Source: an uncultured bacterium
GTDB lineage: Bacteria > Desulfobacterota > Deferrimicrobia > J040
Assembly (NCBI GenBank): GCA_964347065.1
Contig: CAYFXN010000002.1
Coordinates: forward strand, 9,471-73,470
DNA: 64,000 nucleotides
Reading direction: 5' to 3'
The position numbers and the translations under genes are program-made. Positions 29,023 through 38,968 of the stretch are shown piece by piece. The notes below the pieces were generated by a model. It was given only the letters and a program-made list of their open reading frames with translations. It did not search any database and was not told where the DNA came from. Each line of letters opens with the position of its first letter. Within the stretch, counting starts at the first letter, position 1.

Positions 29023-30818
29023 TCTTTGTAAAGATCGTCGAGCAAGTGCCCGTACTTTTGAATGATAACCCTTCTCTTCACCTTGAGCGTGGGAGTGAGC
29101 TCACCCGTATCCTGGGAAAAATCCTGCGGCAGGACAACGAATTTCTTTATCGACTCAAAAGATGCGAGCTTCGCGTTGACCCTATCGACAATTTTCTGGA
29201 TCTCTTCATTCGTCTCCCTGCTACTTGCAAGATCCTCGTAGCTCTTAAATGCGATTCCCTGCTCCTTCGCCCAGGCCTCGAGCTCATCATCGTTTAACGT
29301 CAATAGCGCAGTCATGTATTTCTTCCGGTCTCCATACAAGAAAACCTGGGAAATGAGTTTCTCCGTCTTCAAAAGATTTTCAACGTTCGCCGGAGGTATC
29401 TTCTTCCCCCCGGCGGTAACGATAATGTCTTTCTTCCTGTCGGTAATCTTCAAAAAACCGTCTTCATCGAGCTCGCCGATATCGCCCGTCTTCAACCATC
29501 CATCTTCAGTTTTTGCCTGTTTTGTGGCTTCGGGATCATTCAGATACTCTTTGAATATGTTTTTTCCGCCTATCAGGATCTCTCCATCCTCCGCAATCTG
29601 GATCTTCACATCCGGGAGTGGCAGCCCTACGGTGCCGAACTTGAAATTATCCAGTCTGTTAACAGTAGCTACCGTGGAACATTCTGTCAGACCATACCCC
29701 TCGAGGATGAGAATATCCATTGCGTGAAAAAATTCGGCAATTTCTTTTGCCAGGGGTGCTCCGCCCGATATGAAAAACCGCAACCGCCCCCCGACCCTCT
29801 CTTTTATCTTGTCAAAGACGAGTTTTTTGGCGATAGCGTACTGAAGGCCGAGCAGGAAGGGAATAGGCTTTTTTTGCTGCTTTAAACGGGAAACCTCTAT
29901 ACCCGTTTTCTTGGCGAAGTTAAATATTTTCTTTCTCAGGGGAGGTGCGTTCGCCACCATCGCATTCACCCTGTCGTAGAACTTTTCATAGAGCCTGGGC
30001 ACGCTTACCATGATATGCGGCCTGACCTCAACCATATTATCTCCCACAGCATCAAGGTTTTCGGCATATGCGGAGATCAATTTTGCATCGAATGATATAA
30101 ACTGCTCAATCCTTCCAAGGGTATGGGCGAAGGGGAGAAAATGGAGCATCACCTCACCCTCTTCGATATCGGTGGCTCTGATTGAGCAATCAACCATGAA
30201 CTGAAAATTCGCCTGGGTCGTCAAAACGCCTTTCGGCGGGCCCGTCGTGCCAGAAGTATAGATTACCGTTAGATCGTCTTCCGGTTTTACTTCCCCGGCA
30301 ATCCGGTCGACAAAATCTTGATCATTACTGAGCAGCTCTTCTCCCTTTCGCTGAAGTTCATTGAAGGAAATGACATCTGAGGGTCTCTCCCCCTCATGTG
30401 TCGCAGGTGTCATACAAACAATATGCTTAAGATCAGGAACGCTCTCCCTGATTATGTTCACCTTCATCAGCTGCACTTCATCTTCAACAAAAATCGCCTT
30501 TGCCCCGCAGTCTTTGAGTATGTATTCAACGAGATCTGGAAGAAGAGAGTGGTAAACGGGAACGGTTACCAGTCCTCCAACTATGCATGCCATATCGGCG
30601 AGAGTCCATTCGACCCTCGTATTGGAGAGTATGCCCACCTTATCTCCCTTTTTCAGCCCCAGCGAATAAAGACCGGCGGAAAGCAACCTGATAATCTTTC
30701 CCGCCTGCCCACCGGTCATATCAACCCATGAACCATCTCTTTTGTATCGGAATTTTACCCTGTCCTTTGCCGAGTCGAGCCGATTGAGAAACATGCGTGA
30801 TAGGGTTTGTTCCTCCAT
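29019..30818 (-). CDS. Long-chain fatty acid--CoA ligase (AMP-forming)
   Basis: AMP-binding 'IYTSGTTGPPKGV', 'GYGLTEC' and 'TGDIGELDEDGFLKITDRKKD' motifs. Confidence 0.85.
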   Translation of the reverse strand: MEEQTLSRMFLNRLDSAKDRVKFRYKRDGSWVDMTGGQAGKIIRLLSAGLYSLGLKKGDKVGILSNTRVEWTLADMACIVGGLVTVPVYHSLLPDLVEYILKDCGAKAIFVEDEVQLMKVNIIRESVPDLKHIVCMTPATHEGERPSDVISFNELQRKGEELLSNDQDFVDRIAGEVKPEDDLTVIYTSGTTGPPKGVLTTQANFQFMVDCSIRATDIEEGEVMLHFLPFAHTLGRIEQFISFDAKLISAYAENLDAVGDNMVEVRPHIMVSVPRLYEKFYDRVNAMVANAPPLRKKIFNFAKKTGIEVSRLKQQKKPIPFLLGLQYAIAKKLVFDKIKERVGGRLRFFISGGAPLAKEIAEFFHAMDILILEGYGLTECSTVATVNRLDNFKFGTVGLPLPDVKIQIAEDGEILIGGKNIFKEYLNDPEATKQAKTEDGWLKTGDIGELDEDGFLKITDRKKDIIVTAGGKKIPPANVENLLKTEKLISQVFLYGDRKKYMTALLTLNDDELEAWAKEQGIAFKSYEDLASSRETNEEIQKIVDRVNAKLASFESIKKFVVLPQDFSQDTGELTPTLKVKRRVIIQKYGHLLDDLYKD

Positions 30819-30978
30819 AGAACCCTCCTTCTCTGCCCTTCCTTTTTTCGTGCTCTGCCAGCGGGATTACCCTGTCGTTATTTCCGCTTTGACCTTTGCC
30901 ATCCCACCCGGCACGCCCTTCGTCCGTTATGCGTTTGCCGGCAGAAGATGCGATCTCGAGCCCCCGGGAACCACCCGG

Positions 30979-32667
30979 TCAGCCACCCTCGTTCTTCTCT
31001 CTTATAAGATCCAAAAAGGGCACTATGTCCTCGAAGGTCACTTGCCCTTCCATGAGCATTTTGACGATCAGCTCCTCGGGCCCCAACCTGAAATGAGACA
31101 GTATCTTCTCTCGCTTTTCTTCCTCCCGTTTATCCATGAGCATTTCCATTCTCACCGAGGGAGAAAATACAACCATGTCGAAAATAGCCGTCATCCCCGA
31201 AAAGCCTGTTCCACCGCATTCATCACACCCGGAAGGGATGTAATACTTCATCCTCGCGAGGAGATCCCTTTTGCCAGATTTTACCATCTCAGGATCGAGA
31301 TACATAGACGGTATTGCCGGTAGCTCTTTCTTGCAGGCATCGCACAGTATCCTCACCAGCTTTTGAAATACCACCGCTTTCATGAGAGAGGCGAGAGCAT
31401 GCCGGGATGCTTCCGATGTAATAACCTTTTCCACAGCACTTTCCAGTGACTTGCATTCAATGCCGGCAAATACGCTCACCCGTGAAGGGTAGATATGGGC
31501 TGTCTCGTGAATGAGCTTCTCGATCGTGAGGTTGCTGTACATCAAAATATCGGGCGAAAGGGTCCTTACGATCTTCTCTATCGACAGGTCCTCTTCCAAC
31601 ATCGGCTTTTCCAACTGAATGAATCCCTCGTTTTTAAAACGGATATCTTCCTCTATCGTTACAACGGCGGAATCGGGGCTTTTTGCGAACCGAACCATCG
31701 AGTAGAGGGTCGTGGAAACCCCATCCAAAGTCGGGGAAGCGATGATGTATATTCCCTTCTCCCTGCTGATCAGCCCTGTTAAGGCTTGCAACTGATCCTC
31801 GTTGAAGCCGAGGGCATCAATCGAGAGCTTTCCCAGGGCATTCGGGATTATCCTGATGACGGCCTTTTTCGAACCCGCTCCGGAAACGAGAGCCACCTTA
31901 TACATGCCGGATCGTTTCCCCTCTCCCGTTTCGATGATTCTCTCCCTGACGGCCGGGTCACCATCTCGAAATCCGCACAGCTTTTTCAATCCGTCAAAGA
32001 GAAATTCCCCGATATTACCCGGGGTCTCGAGGAGAACAATGCTCCTTGAATCTTCTCTTCCCTCGATTACAAATTTCCCGGATACGTGGTGAAGGATCAA
32101 GACACGTATGCCGGCAGTTCTCGACTGAAAGAGAATCTCTGACAAAAGCGAGGAGCTATCCCTGGTAGCCAGGAACTTGGGCAAATCGATATCACCCACA
32201 ATGTGACCCGAAATTTTTTTATCCGAAATTGCGATGGGTGGAGGGTAGAGGGACATGAGCATTCTTCGAATCGAATCCCTGCCAACGAGCGCAACCCTGG
32301 CCTTTTTCCCGGTCAACTTTTCTATGCGTCTGAAAAGCTTCGGCCTCAGGAGGTCACAGACACCGACGGTGACAAAATCATTGCCCTGAGACAGCGGGAT
32401 AACCTCCTCTCCCCAGGCGATCTCATATGGGATAAGCGCGCAGAGGGACGAATCAACATCGCCTTCCTGAAGGACAATAAAAGGGATATCCAGATTTTCT
32501 GAAATGATATACGGCAGCGCGTCAGGAGATACCAGTCCGGTTACCACCGCCTCCTCGATAATATCCCTGCCGCTCTCTGAAGATGCCTTCTCAAGTTCGG
32601 CAACATTTTTTATCTTCAGAAGCCCGAGGGAAAATAGCTTTTCCACTATGTCCTTGCTCTTTCCCAA
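30979..32667 (-). CDS. GspE/PilB-family secretion-ATPase homolog with degenerate nucleotide-binding motifs (predicted pseudo-ATPase)
   Basis: T2SSE_N/MshEN-like N-terminal region ('ALIPYEIAWGEEVIPL...DFVTVGVCD'); C-terminal CDAC...CDEC; the Walker A position reads 'ASPTLDGVSTTLYS' with no P-loop Lys. Confidence 0.65.
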   Translation of the reverse strand: MGKSKDIVEKLFSLGLLKIKNVAELEKASSESGRDIIEEAVVTGLVSPDALPYIISENLDIPFIVLQEGDVDSSLCALIPYEIAWGEEVIPLSQGNDFVTVGVCDLLRPKLFRRIEKLTGKKARVALVGRDSIRRMLMSLYPPPIAISDKKISGHIVGDIDLPKFLATRDSSSLLSEILFQSRTAGIRVLILHHVSGKFVIEGREDSRSIVLLETPGNIGEFLFDGLKKLCGFRDGDPAVRERIIETGEGKRSGMYKVALVSGAGSKKAVIRIIPNALGKLSIDALGFNEDQLQALTGLISREKGIYIIASPTLDGVSTTLYSMVRFAKSPDSAVVTIEEDIRFKNEGFIQLEKPMLEEDLSIEKIVRTLSPDILMYSNLTIEKLIHETAHIYPSRVSVFAGIECKSLESAVEKVITSEASRHALASLMKAVVFQKLVRILCDACKKELPAIPSMYLDPEMVKSGKRDLLARMKYYIPSGCDECGGTGFSGMTAIFDMVVFSPSVRMEMLMDKREEEKREKILSHFRLGPEELIVKMLMEGQVTFEDIVPFLDLIREKNEGG

Positions 32668-32783
32668 TGCGCAACTCGCGATTATGTCATCACCGCACTT
32701 AAAAAACTTTATATAAAATTGATGAGGTTGTAAAATCTATTTAACTTTGGTGGCTGATCGGGATTCTTATTGGGAGATCGGGG

Positions 32784-33776
32784 ATGAAAACTACTTCCTT
32801 TCTCGGTTTGACGATAGTACTCATTTTCTTCCTTCAGGGATGTTTCACGACGACGTCGAAGTATGACGCGAAAGTCCGTGAGGCGAACATGTTGAGAAAT
32901 GCCCTCTCGGAGATCAAGAAGAAAAACAACGCGCTATCAACGGAGATAGACGAGATAAAAAAAACGGTTGATGCCCAGGCAGAAGAACTGAGCGCGACGA
33001 AGGGACAACTCGAGGCCAGGCAGGAGGAGTCAGAAAGGTTGAGGGTTGCCGTAGAGGAAATGCAAAAAAGATACGACACGACCAAAATATCCCGGGAAAC
33101 GCTGATAAGTGAGCTTCTGGAAAAGGAAAAAAAATACTCTTCCCAGATCAGGGAACTCACGGAAAAAAACGCCCAACTGGAAAACACCGCCAAAACACTG
33201 GACGGCGAACTCGATGGCCTCAAAAACCGCTTACAAACGGCTGAAGACAAGAACAGCGAACTGGAAAATGTCTCCTCCAAAGTCCTTCTTCTCGAGGGAA
33301 GAATCTCCCGTTTGAAGGAAGAGATTGCAGATTTTTTGCCCCTGTCCGGCGTCAGGCAAAAGGGGTCGGTTGCGCTCTCCAATACCTATTCTTCGCGGTT
33401 CATACAGAAAGAAATATCTTTTCTCTTCGCCTCGATACCTTTCGAAGCAGCAATCGAAAGCAATGGAAAAAATCTCTCGAAGGATTTTCACGAATTTCTC
33501 GTCAAATTGTTAGAGCTTTGCAAGGAGGAAAAAACCTGCAAGCTCGACATCATCGCTACGGGAAGGACGTATGACGGGAGCATGGATATATTGAACTCTC
33601 TGAAAGACAAGGAGCTCACGCTCTTGAATGCGCTAAAAAGCTTCCGCAGCACGTTGAACGAAAGCGCCGATTTCATAAGGCGTACGGGGCGGGTCACCAT
33701 TATCGACAAGATTGGTGAAAAAGACGAAGAAAGGGTCGATATAAACATCTATCTGGTGAGGGACGTAACCGGATAA
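32784..33776 (+). CDS. Coiled-coil lipoprotein (hypothetical), possibly with a degenerate OmpA/MotB-like C-terminal module
   Basis: Lipobox 'FFLQGC'; about 170 aa of heptad-rich coiled coil; C-terminal 'IIATGRTYDGSMDILNSL' weakly resembles an OmpA-like region. Confidence 0.5.
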   Translation: MKTTSFLGLTIVLIFFLQGCFTTTSKYDAKVREANMLRNALSEIKKKNNALSTEIDEIKKTVDAQAEELSATKGQLEARQEESERLRVAVEEMQKRYDTTKISRETLISELLEKEKKYSSQIRELTEKNAQLENTAKTLDGELDGLKNRLQTAEDKNSELENVSSKVLLLEGRISRLKEEIADFLPLSGVRQKGSVALSNTYSSRFIQKEISFLFASIPFEAAIESNGKNLSKDFHEFLVKLLELCKEEKTCKLDIIATGRTYDGSMDILNSLKDKELTLLNALKSFRSTLNESADFIRRTGRVTIIDKIGEKDEERVDINIYLVRDVTG

Positions 33777-33963
33777 CACCTTTGTGCCATCACCCTCAAC
33801 AGGTCTTCAACTCCTCACACGCACAATCAGAAGCACATCAGTTGAGAAATTAATTGGCCCGGCATTGCTTGACCGTTCCACCTCCGAGTTTTTCAAACTC
33901 GCGGGTTTTCGCTCCGCAATCCAAATTTCACAATACAACGCCAAACGAACAATGGCCGGGTAA

Positions 33964-35697
33964 TCAGTCCCAGAGAGAAACCTTCCTGTAAGCATCGACA
34001 TCGATAAAACCCCTGTCTGTGACCCTTCCTTCGGGTATCACCGGGAGAGCGATGAAAGAGAGGATATTTAAGATGTCGAGTCCCAGAGGGGATATACTTT
34101 CGCATACTTGTTTCACCTTTTCCATCCCGCCCGCAACTTCTTCCCATCTTAGCGCGGAAACTATCCCCCCCACCTTCAGGGGAAGTGAGGCCGCTGCCCC
34201 GGAACCGTCTGACACCGCTATCCCCCCCCCGATGCGCGCAACCTGCATGGCTGCATCGAACATCTCCTTATCCCCTGACCCGGCCACGACCAGGTTATGG
34301 GCATCGTGAGCAAAAGTTAACCCTACAGACGACCCCTTTTTTAATTTCAGCCCCTTGACGAAGCCTTTTCCCACCTTCCCCGTCCCCCGATGACGCTCGA
34401 TAACGCATATTTTCACCAGGTCTCGGTCCACTTGTGAGGAGACGTACCTGCCGTGGAACATATCCGAGGAGACGGAGACGATCCTGTTGGTCAATTGGCC
34501 GGGAGTTACGCGTATCACCTTCAGTGCCCCTCTTCTCTTTTTCACCCTGAACGTATCCGGGGAGAATAGGGGGGGCAGGGTGACGCCCCCTCCTTTTTTG
34601 ATCTTCACTGGAGCCTTCACCTCCGGGGGGGGCTCCCCAGACCGATAGACCGTCTCTCCACCGACGAGAACCAGCCTCGGATTGAAATCTTTGAGATTTT
34701 CATAGATGACCATATCGGCTAAATACCCGGGGGCGATGGCACCGAGGCGCGTGAAATTGAAGCGCATGGCCGTGTTCAGGGTAACCATGCGCACCAGATT
34801 CAGCGGGTCGATTCCCATCGCTGCTCCCCGCGCAAGGACCGTGCCCAGATAGTTCGTCCTTGCCATATCGAGTATGTTCATGTCATCCGACACAATGGAG
34901 ATCCTGCCGTTTTCCTGGAACTTCATGAGGAAAGGAAGAAGCGCCTCGAAGTTCCTGGCAACAGAGCCCTCCCTCACCATTACGTGAAACCCCTTCGCCA
35001 GTTTCTCTTCCGCCTCCATCGGATCTTCGGATTCGTGATCCGAAGACACGCCGCTGACCCTGTATGCGGAAAGGTTCTTACCCCTGAGCCCGGGGGCGTG
35101 GCCCTCCAGAGCATAGCCCTCAAAAAGCCCCACCTTCTCAATCAAGTCCCGCCTTCCCTGTGCCAGACCCTGAAAATCCATCACCTCACCGAGGGCGACG
35201 ATCTCTTTCCTTCCCTTGAGCTTTCTCATGTCATCAAGGTCGATCTTTCCCCCGGGGGACTCAAGGGGCGATGAGGGAACACAGGAGGGACAGGAAAAAA
35301 ATATCCTCATGGGAGAATACCTGGCCATCTCGAGCATCCATAAAACTCCGGGGAGACCAAGCACATTGGCAATTTCATGGGGATCTGCCACAACAGCCGT
35401 CACGCCTGAGGTAAGGCACAACCGACCGAATTCCTGCGGCGAGAGGAAGGTGCTCTCAATGTGCGTGTGCCCATCTATGAAACCGGGAGACACGTACCCG
35501 CCCTCTGCATCGATATATTTCTCTCCGCGATAGTCGCCAAGCCCGACGATGTAGCCTCCTTTTACCGCCACGTGGCACGTGCGCAGCTTATTGCTGAACA
35601 CGTCGATGAGGGTGCCGTTCTTTATGACGAGGTCCGCTTTCCTCTCGCCCCGTGCAGTTTCGATTAGGGTTGCTCTGTCAATTTTATCTCGCCCCAT
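33964..35697 (-). CDS. ade: Adenine deaminase
   Basis: 'DLVIKNGTLIDV', 'GFIDGHTHIES' metal-binding motif and overall length. Confidence 0.85.
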   Translation of the reverse strand: MGRDKIDRATLIETARGERKADLVIKNGTLIDVFSNKLRTCHVAVKGGYIVGLGDYRGEKYIDAEGGYVSPGFIDGHTHIESTFLSPQEFGRLCLTSGVTAVVADPHEIANVLGLPGVLWMLEMARYSPMRIFFSCPSCVPSSPLESPGGKIDLDDMRKLKGRKEIVALGEVMDFQGLAQGRRDLIEKVGLFEGYALEGHAPGLRGKNLSAYRVSGVSSDHESEDPMEAEEKLAKGFHVMVREGSVARNFEALLPFLMKFQENGRISIVSDDMNILDMARTNYLGTVLARGAAMGIDPLNLVRMVTLNTAMRFNFTRLGAIAPGYLADMVIYENLKDFNPRLVLVGGETVYRSGEPPPEVKAPVKIKKGGGVTLPPLFSPDTFRVKKRRGALKVIRVTPGQLTNRIVSVSSDMFHGRYVSSQVDRDLVKICVIERHRGTGKVGKGFVKGLKLKKGSSVGLTFAHDAHNLVVAGSGDKEMFDAAMQVARIGGGIAVSDGSGAAASLPLKVGGIVSALRWEEVAGGMEKVKQVCESISPLGLDILNILSFIALPVIPEGRVTDRGFIDVDAYRKVSLWD

Positions 35698-37038
35698 CTA
35701 GCCTCCCGCGGGAAGCAAAAAACAGATTGCGAAGAATAACGACGTTATGAGCATCACAGGATGAACCTCCTTTCCTTTTCCCCCGAAAACCTTGATGAGC
35801 GTGTAGCTGATAAACCCGAACCCAATTCCGTAGGAAATGTTGTACGTGAGCGGCATCATTACTATTGTCAGGAATGCGGGGATACCGGTATCGAAATCGC
35901 TGAAGTCTATCTCGGAGACGAGTGAAACCATGAAAAATCCGACGATGATAAGGGCCGGTGCCGTTACGGGATACCGGTAAACCCCCTCGGCAATCTTGAC
36001 GCCCCCGCCGATTACCGCGATGAGGGGAGTTAAAAACAGAGCGAGAAAAAAGAGAAGAGAGGTGACGAGCACCGACAGCCCGCTCCTTCCCCCCTCCGTG
36101 ACCCCCGATGCACTCTCTATGTAACAGGTTATCGAACTGCACCCGAATAGCCCCCCCGCAACTGCCCCCAGGGAATCAACAACGAGGAGTTCTCTCAGCC
36201 TGGGAATCATCCCCATTTCGTCCAGAAATCCTGCTTTCCTACCGATCCCTATGGCTGTCCCCATCGTGTCGAAGAAATCGGTCATGAAAAGGGAAAAAAT
36301 CAGGGGGGCAAGAGCAAGGTTGAGGGCTCCCTTGACGTCGAGGGCAAAAAATGTGGAAAAATCCCCGGGAAGACTGACGATGCGCTCCGGAAAGGGGATG
36401 AGTTTGAAAAGGGGCGTGATACCGATAAGCGCTGAGGCAAGTATCCCTATCAGTATGGCCCCCCTGACCCTTTTCGTAACCAGCACCATCGTTATGATCA
36501 ATCCTACGATCGTGAGCAAGCTCTCTTTCGAGCTCAAGTCCCCGAGGGCAACGATGGTTGCCGGATTTTTCACGACGATCCCTCCCTGCACGAGGCCGAT
36601 AAAAGCTATAAAAACGCCTATGGCGATCCCTATTGCGTGTTTGATCGGAAGGGGAATTGCTTCCATGACCATCCTCCTCAGTTGCGACAGCGACAAAATG
36701 AGAACGATGAGACCCTCGATACATATTACCCCCATGGCAACCTGCCAGGAATATCCCAGAGATCCGACTATGGTGAAGGCGACGACGGCGTTTATTCCCA
36801 TGCCCGGTGCGAGGGCAAGCGGATAGTTCGTGACGAAACCCATGACAAAAGTAATGAGCCCCGCACCGACGCAGGTAGCCACGGCTGCACCGGTAAAAGG
36901 AACACCGGCAGCGGATAAAATTGCCGGATTCACAAAGATAATGTATGCCATAGTCATAAATACCGTTATCCCGGCCGTAATTTCCGTCTTCACATCCGTT
37001 CCGAGTTCTTTCAAGCCGAACCGTTTTTTAAGGATCAT
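35698..37038 (-). CDS. NCS2-family purine permease (AzgA/PbuG-like)
   Basis: 'KTEITAGITVFMTMAYIIFVNPAIL' N-terminus; polytopic; adjacent to ade. Confidence 0.85.
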   Translation of the reverse strand: MILKKRFGLKELGTDVKTEITAGITVFMTMAYIIFVNPAILSAAGVPFTGAAVATCVGAGLITFVMGFVTNYPLALAPGMGINAVVAFTIVGSLGYSWQVAMGVICIEGLIVLILSLSQLRRMVMEAIPLPIKHAIGIAIGVFIAFIGLVQGGIVVKNPATIVALGDLSSKESLLTIVGLIITMVLVTKRVRGAILIGILASALIGITPLFKLIPFPERIVSLPGDFSTFFALDVKGALNLALAPLIFSLFMTDFFDTMGTAIGIGRKAGFLDEMGMIPRLRELLVVDSLGAVAGGLFGCSSITCYIESASGVTEGGRSGLSVLVTSLLFFLALFLTPLIAVIGGGVKIAEGVYRYPVTAPALIIVGFFMVSLVSEIDFSDFDTGIPAFLTIVMMPLTYNISYGIGFGFISYTLIKVFGGKGKEVHPVMLITSLFFAICFLLPAGG

Positions 37039-37169
37039 GCCGAACCCCCGTAGGAAAACCAGTACGCCGTCACGCGGAAAAGACGGGGAAAAGAAAATTC
37101 TTGCTTCTTCATCCCTATTAGGGTTAGTGATTTACTTACCTTCTACACAATAACGCCAAAATATTCAAA

Positions 37170-37799
37170 GTGAAAAGGAGAAAGACCATGGACCTCTTCT
37201 CGGCCCTCGAAAACAGGAGATCGACGAGAAAGTTTCGGGATGAGGGTATTCCGAGAGATACCCTGAAAAGGATTGTGGGGTTTGGGACTCTGGCCCCGAA
37301 CGCGGGAAACCAGCAGACGTGGCGCTTCATAATCATCGATGACGCCGGCAAGCTCCTGGAGATGAAGAAAATCGTAGATTCCGTCATAAAAAAGATAACG
37401 GGGGAAGATATACCAGCCGGTAAGCTCACCTTTCAGAATCTCTTCGCGGGCGCACCAGCAGCAATCGTCGCAATTATGAAACCCTACGAATCGGGCACCG
37501 ACAGGTTTTTGAAGGAACAATACCCTGACCGGTACCGGATCAGGCAGGAAAAGGTGAACCCGTCCCTGCAAAGCATCTCTTCGGCCATAACGCACATGCT
37601 CCTCGCCGCCCACGGAATGGGTATTGGAACCTGCTGGATGACGGGCCCCCTGACTGCGAGGCCGGAACTCGAAGAGTTCCTCGCCATCAGGCCTCCTGAG
37701 GAGATCGCCGCCATCATTGCTCTGGGATTTGCGGCGAAACCTTCACGAGGGGCCCCGAAGAGAAAACCCGTTGACGAAGTCCTCTCCTTCCTCGAATGA
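37170..37799 (+). CDS. Nitroreductase-family protein
   Basis: 'RRSTRKF' FMN-binding N-terminal motif; about 200 aa. Confidence 0.8.
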   Translation: MKRRKTMDLFSALENRRSTRKFRDEGIPRDTLKRIVGFGTLAPNAGNQQTWRFIIIDDAGKLLEMKKIVDSVIKKITGEDIPAGKLTFQNLFAGAPAAIVAIMKPYESGTDRFLKEQYPDRYRIRQEKVNPSLQSISSAITHMLLAAHGMGIGTCWMTGPLTARPELEEFLAIRPPEEIAAIIALGFAAKPSRGAPKRKPVDEVLSFLE

Positions 37800-37978
37800 G
37801 AAACTGCCCGTGACTACGGGGCTGTTTCTACACCTCGGCTCATTTCGCATGTTCCGAAACCAGACATGAAACCGTTTCCACTTGCGGGATACCACCATGG
37901 CGGGAGCCGAAACTCAGGGGGGTATCGGTCTTTCGGATATGTTACAATCCTTTATCTCTTTCTTGTCAGAGGAATCCG

Positions 37979-38968
37979 TTGACGGGAAAAAAAATTTCAT
38001 TTGTGACCCACCCGGATTACGAGAAGCACTTTTCCACCTACAATCATCCCGAAAGCCCTGAAAGAACAAGGAAAGTTGCAAAACTGGCCGAAGATTCAAG
38101 ACTGGGTATCCATATGGAACTGGTTTACCCCCATCCGGCCGAAATCGATGCCGCCATGCTCGTCCATCCCCGCAGGTATCTCGAGAAGCTCAGGAATGCC
38201 TGCGTGAACGGTAACTACTGGTTCGACTATGAAGACACCTTCATTAACAAATTCTCTTATGATGTGGCTCTGTTATCTGCCGGAGGGGCCATCGAGGCTG
38301 TCCGGCGTGTCCTTTCAGACACCTCCGACCGGGCTTTCTGTTCGATACGTCCGCCCGGCCATCACGCATCGAGGGAACAGGGTATGGGATTTTGCCTGAT
38401 CAACAACGTTGCCATCGCCGCCCAGTATGCCCAGAAGAGATGCGGTGTGGGAAAAGTGCTGATCTTCGACTGGGATGTGCACCACGGAAACGGAACGCAG
38501 AGCATATTTGAAGAGGATCCCTCCGTTTATTATATTTCCATTCACGAGCATCCCACGTTCATATTCCCGGGTACGGGAAGAAGATGGGAAGCCGGCACCG
38601 GAAGGGGACGCGGATACACGATGAACATCCCCCTACCCCCCGGCGCCGGAGACAAAGAGTATATTCAATCGGTTGAAAATCACGTGATACCGGTAATAAA
38701 ATCCTTTGATCCCGAGCTTATCCTGATCTCCGCTGGATTCGATGCTCACCGAGACGACCTCTTGAGTGATATGAACGTAACGGCGAAAGGCTTCGGAAAG
38801 ATGACTGCCATGATGATGAAAGCCTCCGTTGAATATTCAACGGGCAAAGTCGTTTCGGTGCTGGAAGGGGGATACAACCTGGAGGCACTGGACGAATCGG
38901 TGCGTGCACATCTTGAGGAAATGATATTTTGCGCTAAGGAGGAGAAATGTTTGTACGGCGAAGAATGA
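37979..38968 (+). CDS. Histone deacetylase-superfamily protein (AcuC/acetoin-utilisation-type deacetylase)
   Basis: 'FCSIRPPGHHA', 'FDWDVHHGNGTQ' and 'EGGY' HDAC motifs; the start is a non-ATG (TTG at 37979 or GTG at 38003). Confidence 0.8.
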   Translation: MTGKKISFVTHPDYEKHFSTYNHPESPERTRKVAKLAEDSRLGIHMELVYPHPAEIDAAMLVHPRRYLEKLRNACVNGNYWFDYEDTFINKFSYDVALLSAGGAIEAVRRVLSDTSDRAFCSIRPPGHHASREQGMGFCLINNVAIAAQYAQKRCGVGKVLIFDWDVHHGNGTQSIFEEDPSVYYISIHEHPTFIFPGTGRRWEAGTGRGRGYTMNIPLPPGAGDKEYIQSVENHVIPVIKSFDPELILISAGFDAHRDDLLSDMNVTAKGFGKMTAMMMKASVEYSTGKVVSVLEGGYNLEALDESVRAHLEEMIFCAKEEKCLYGEE

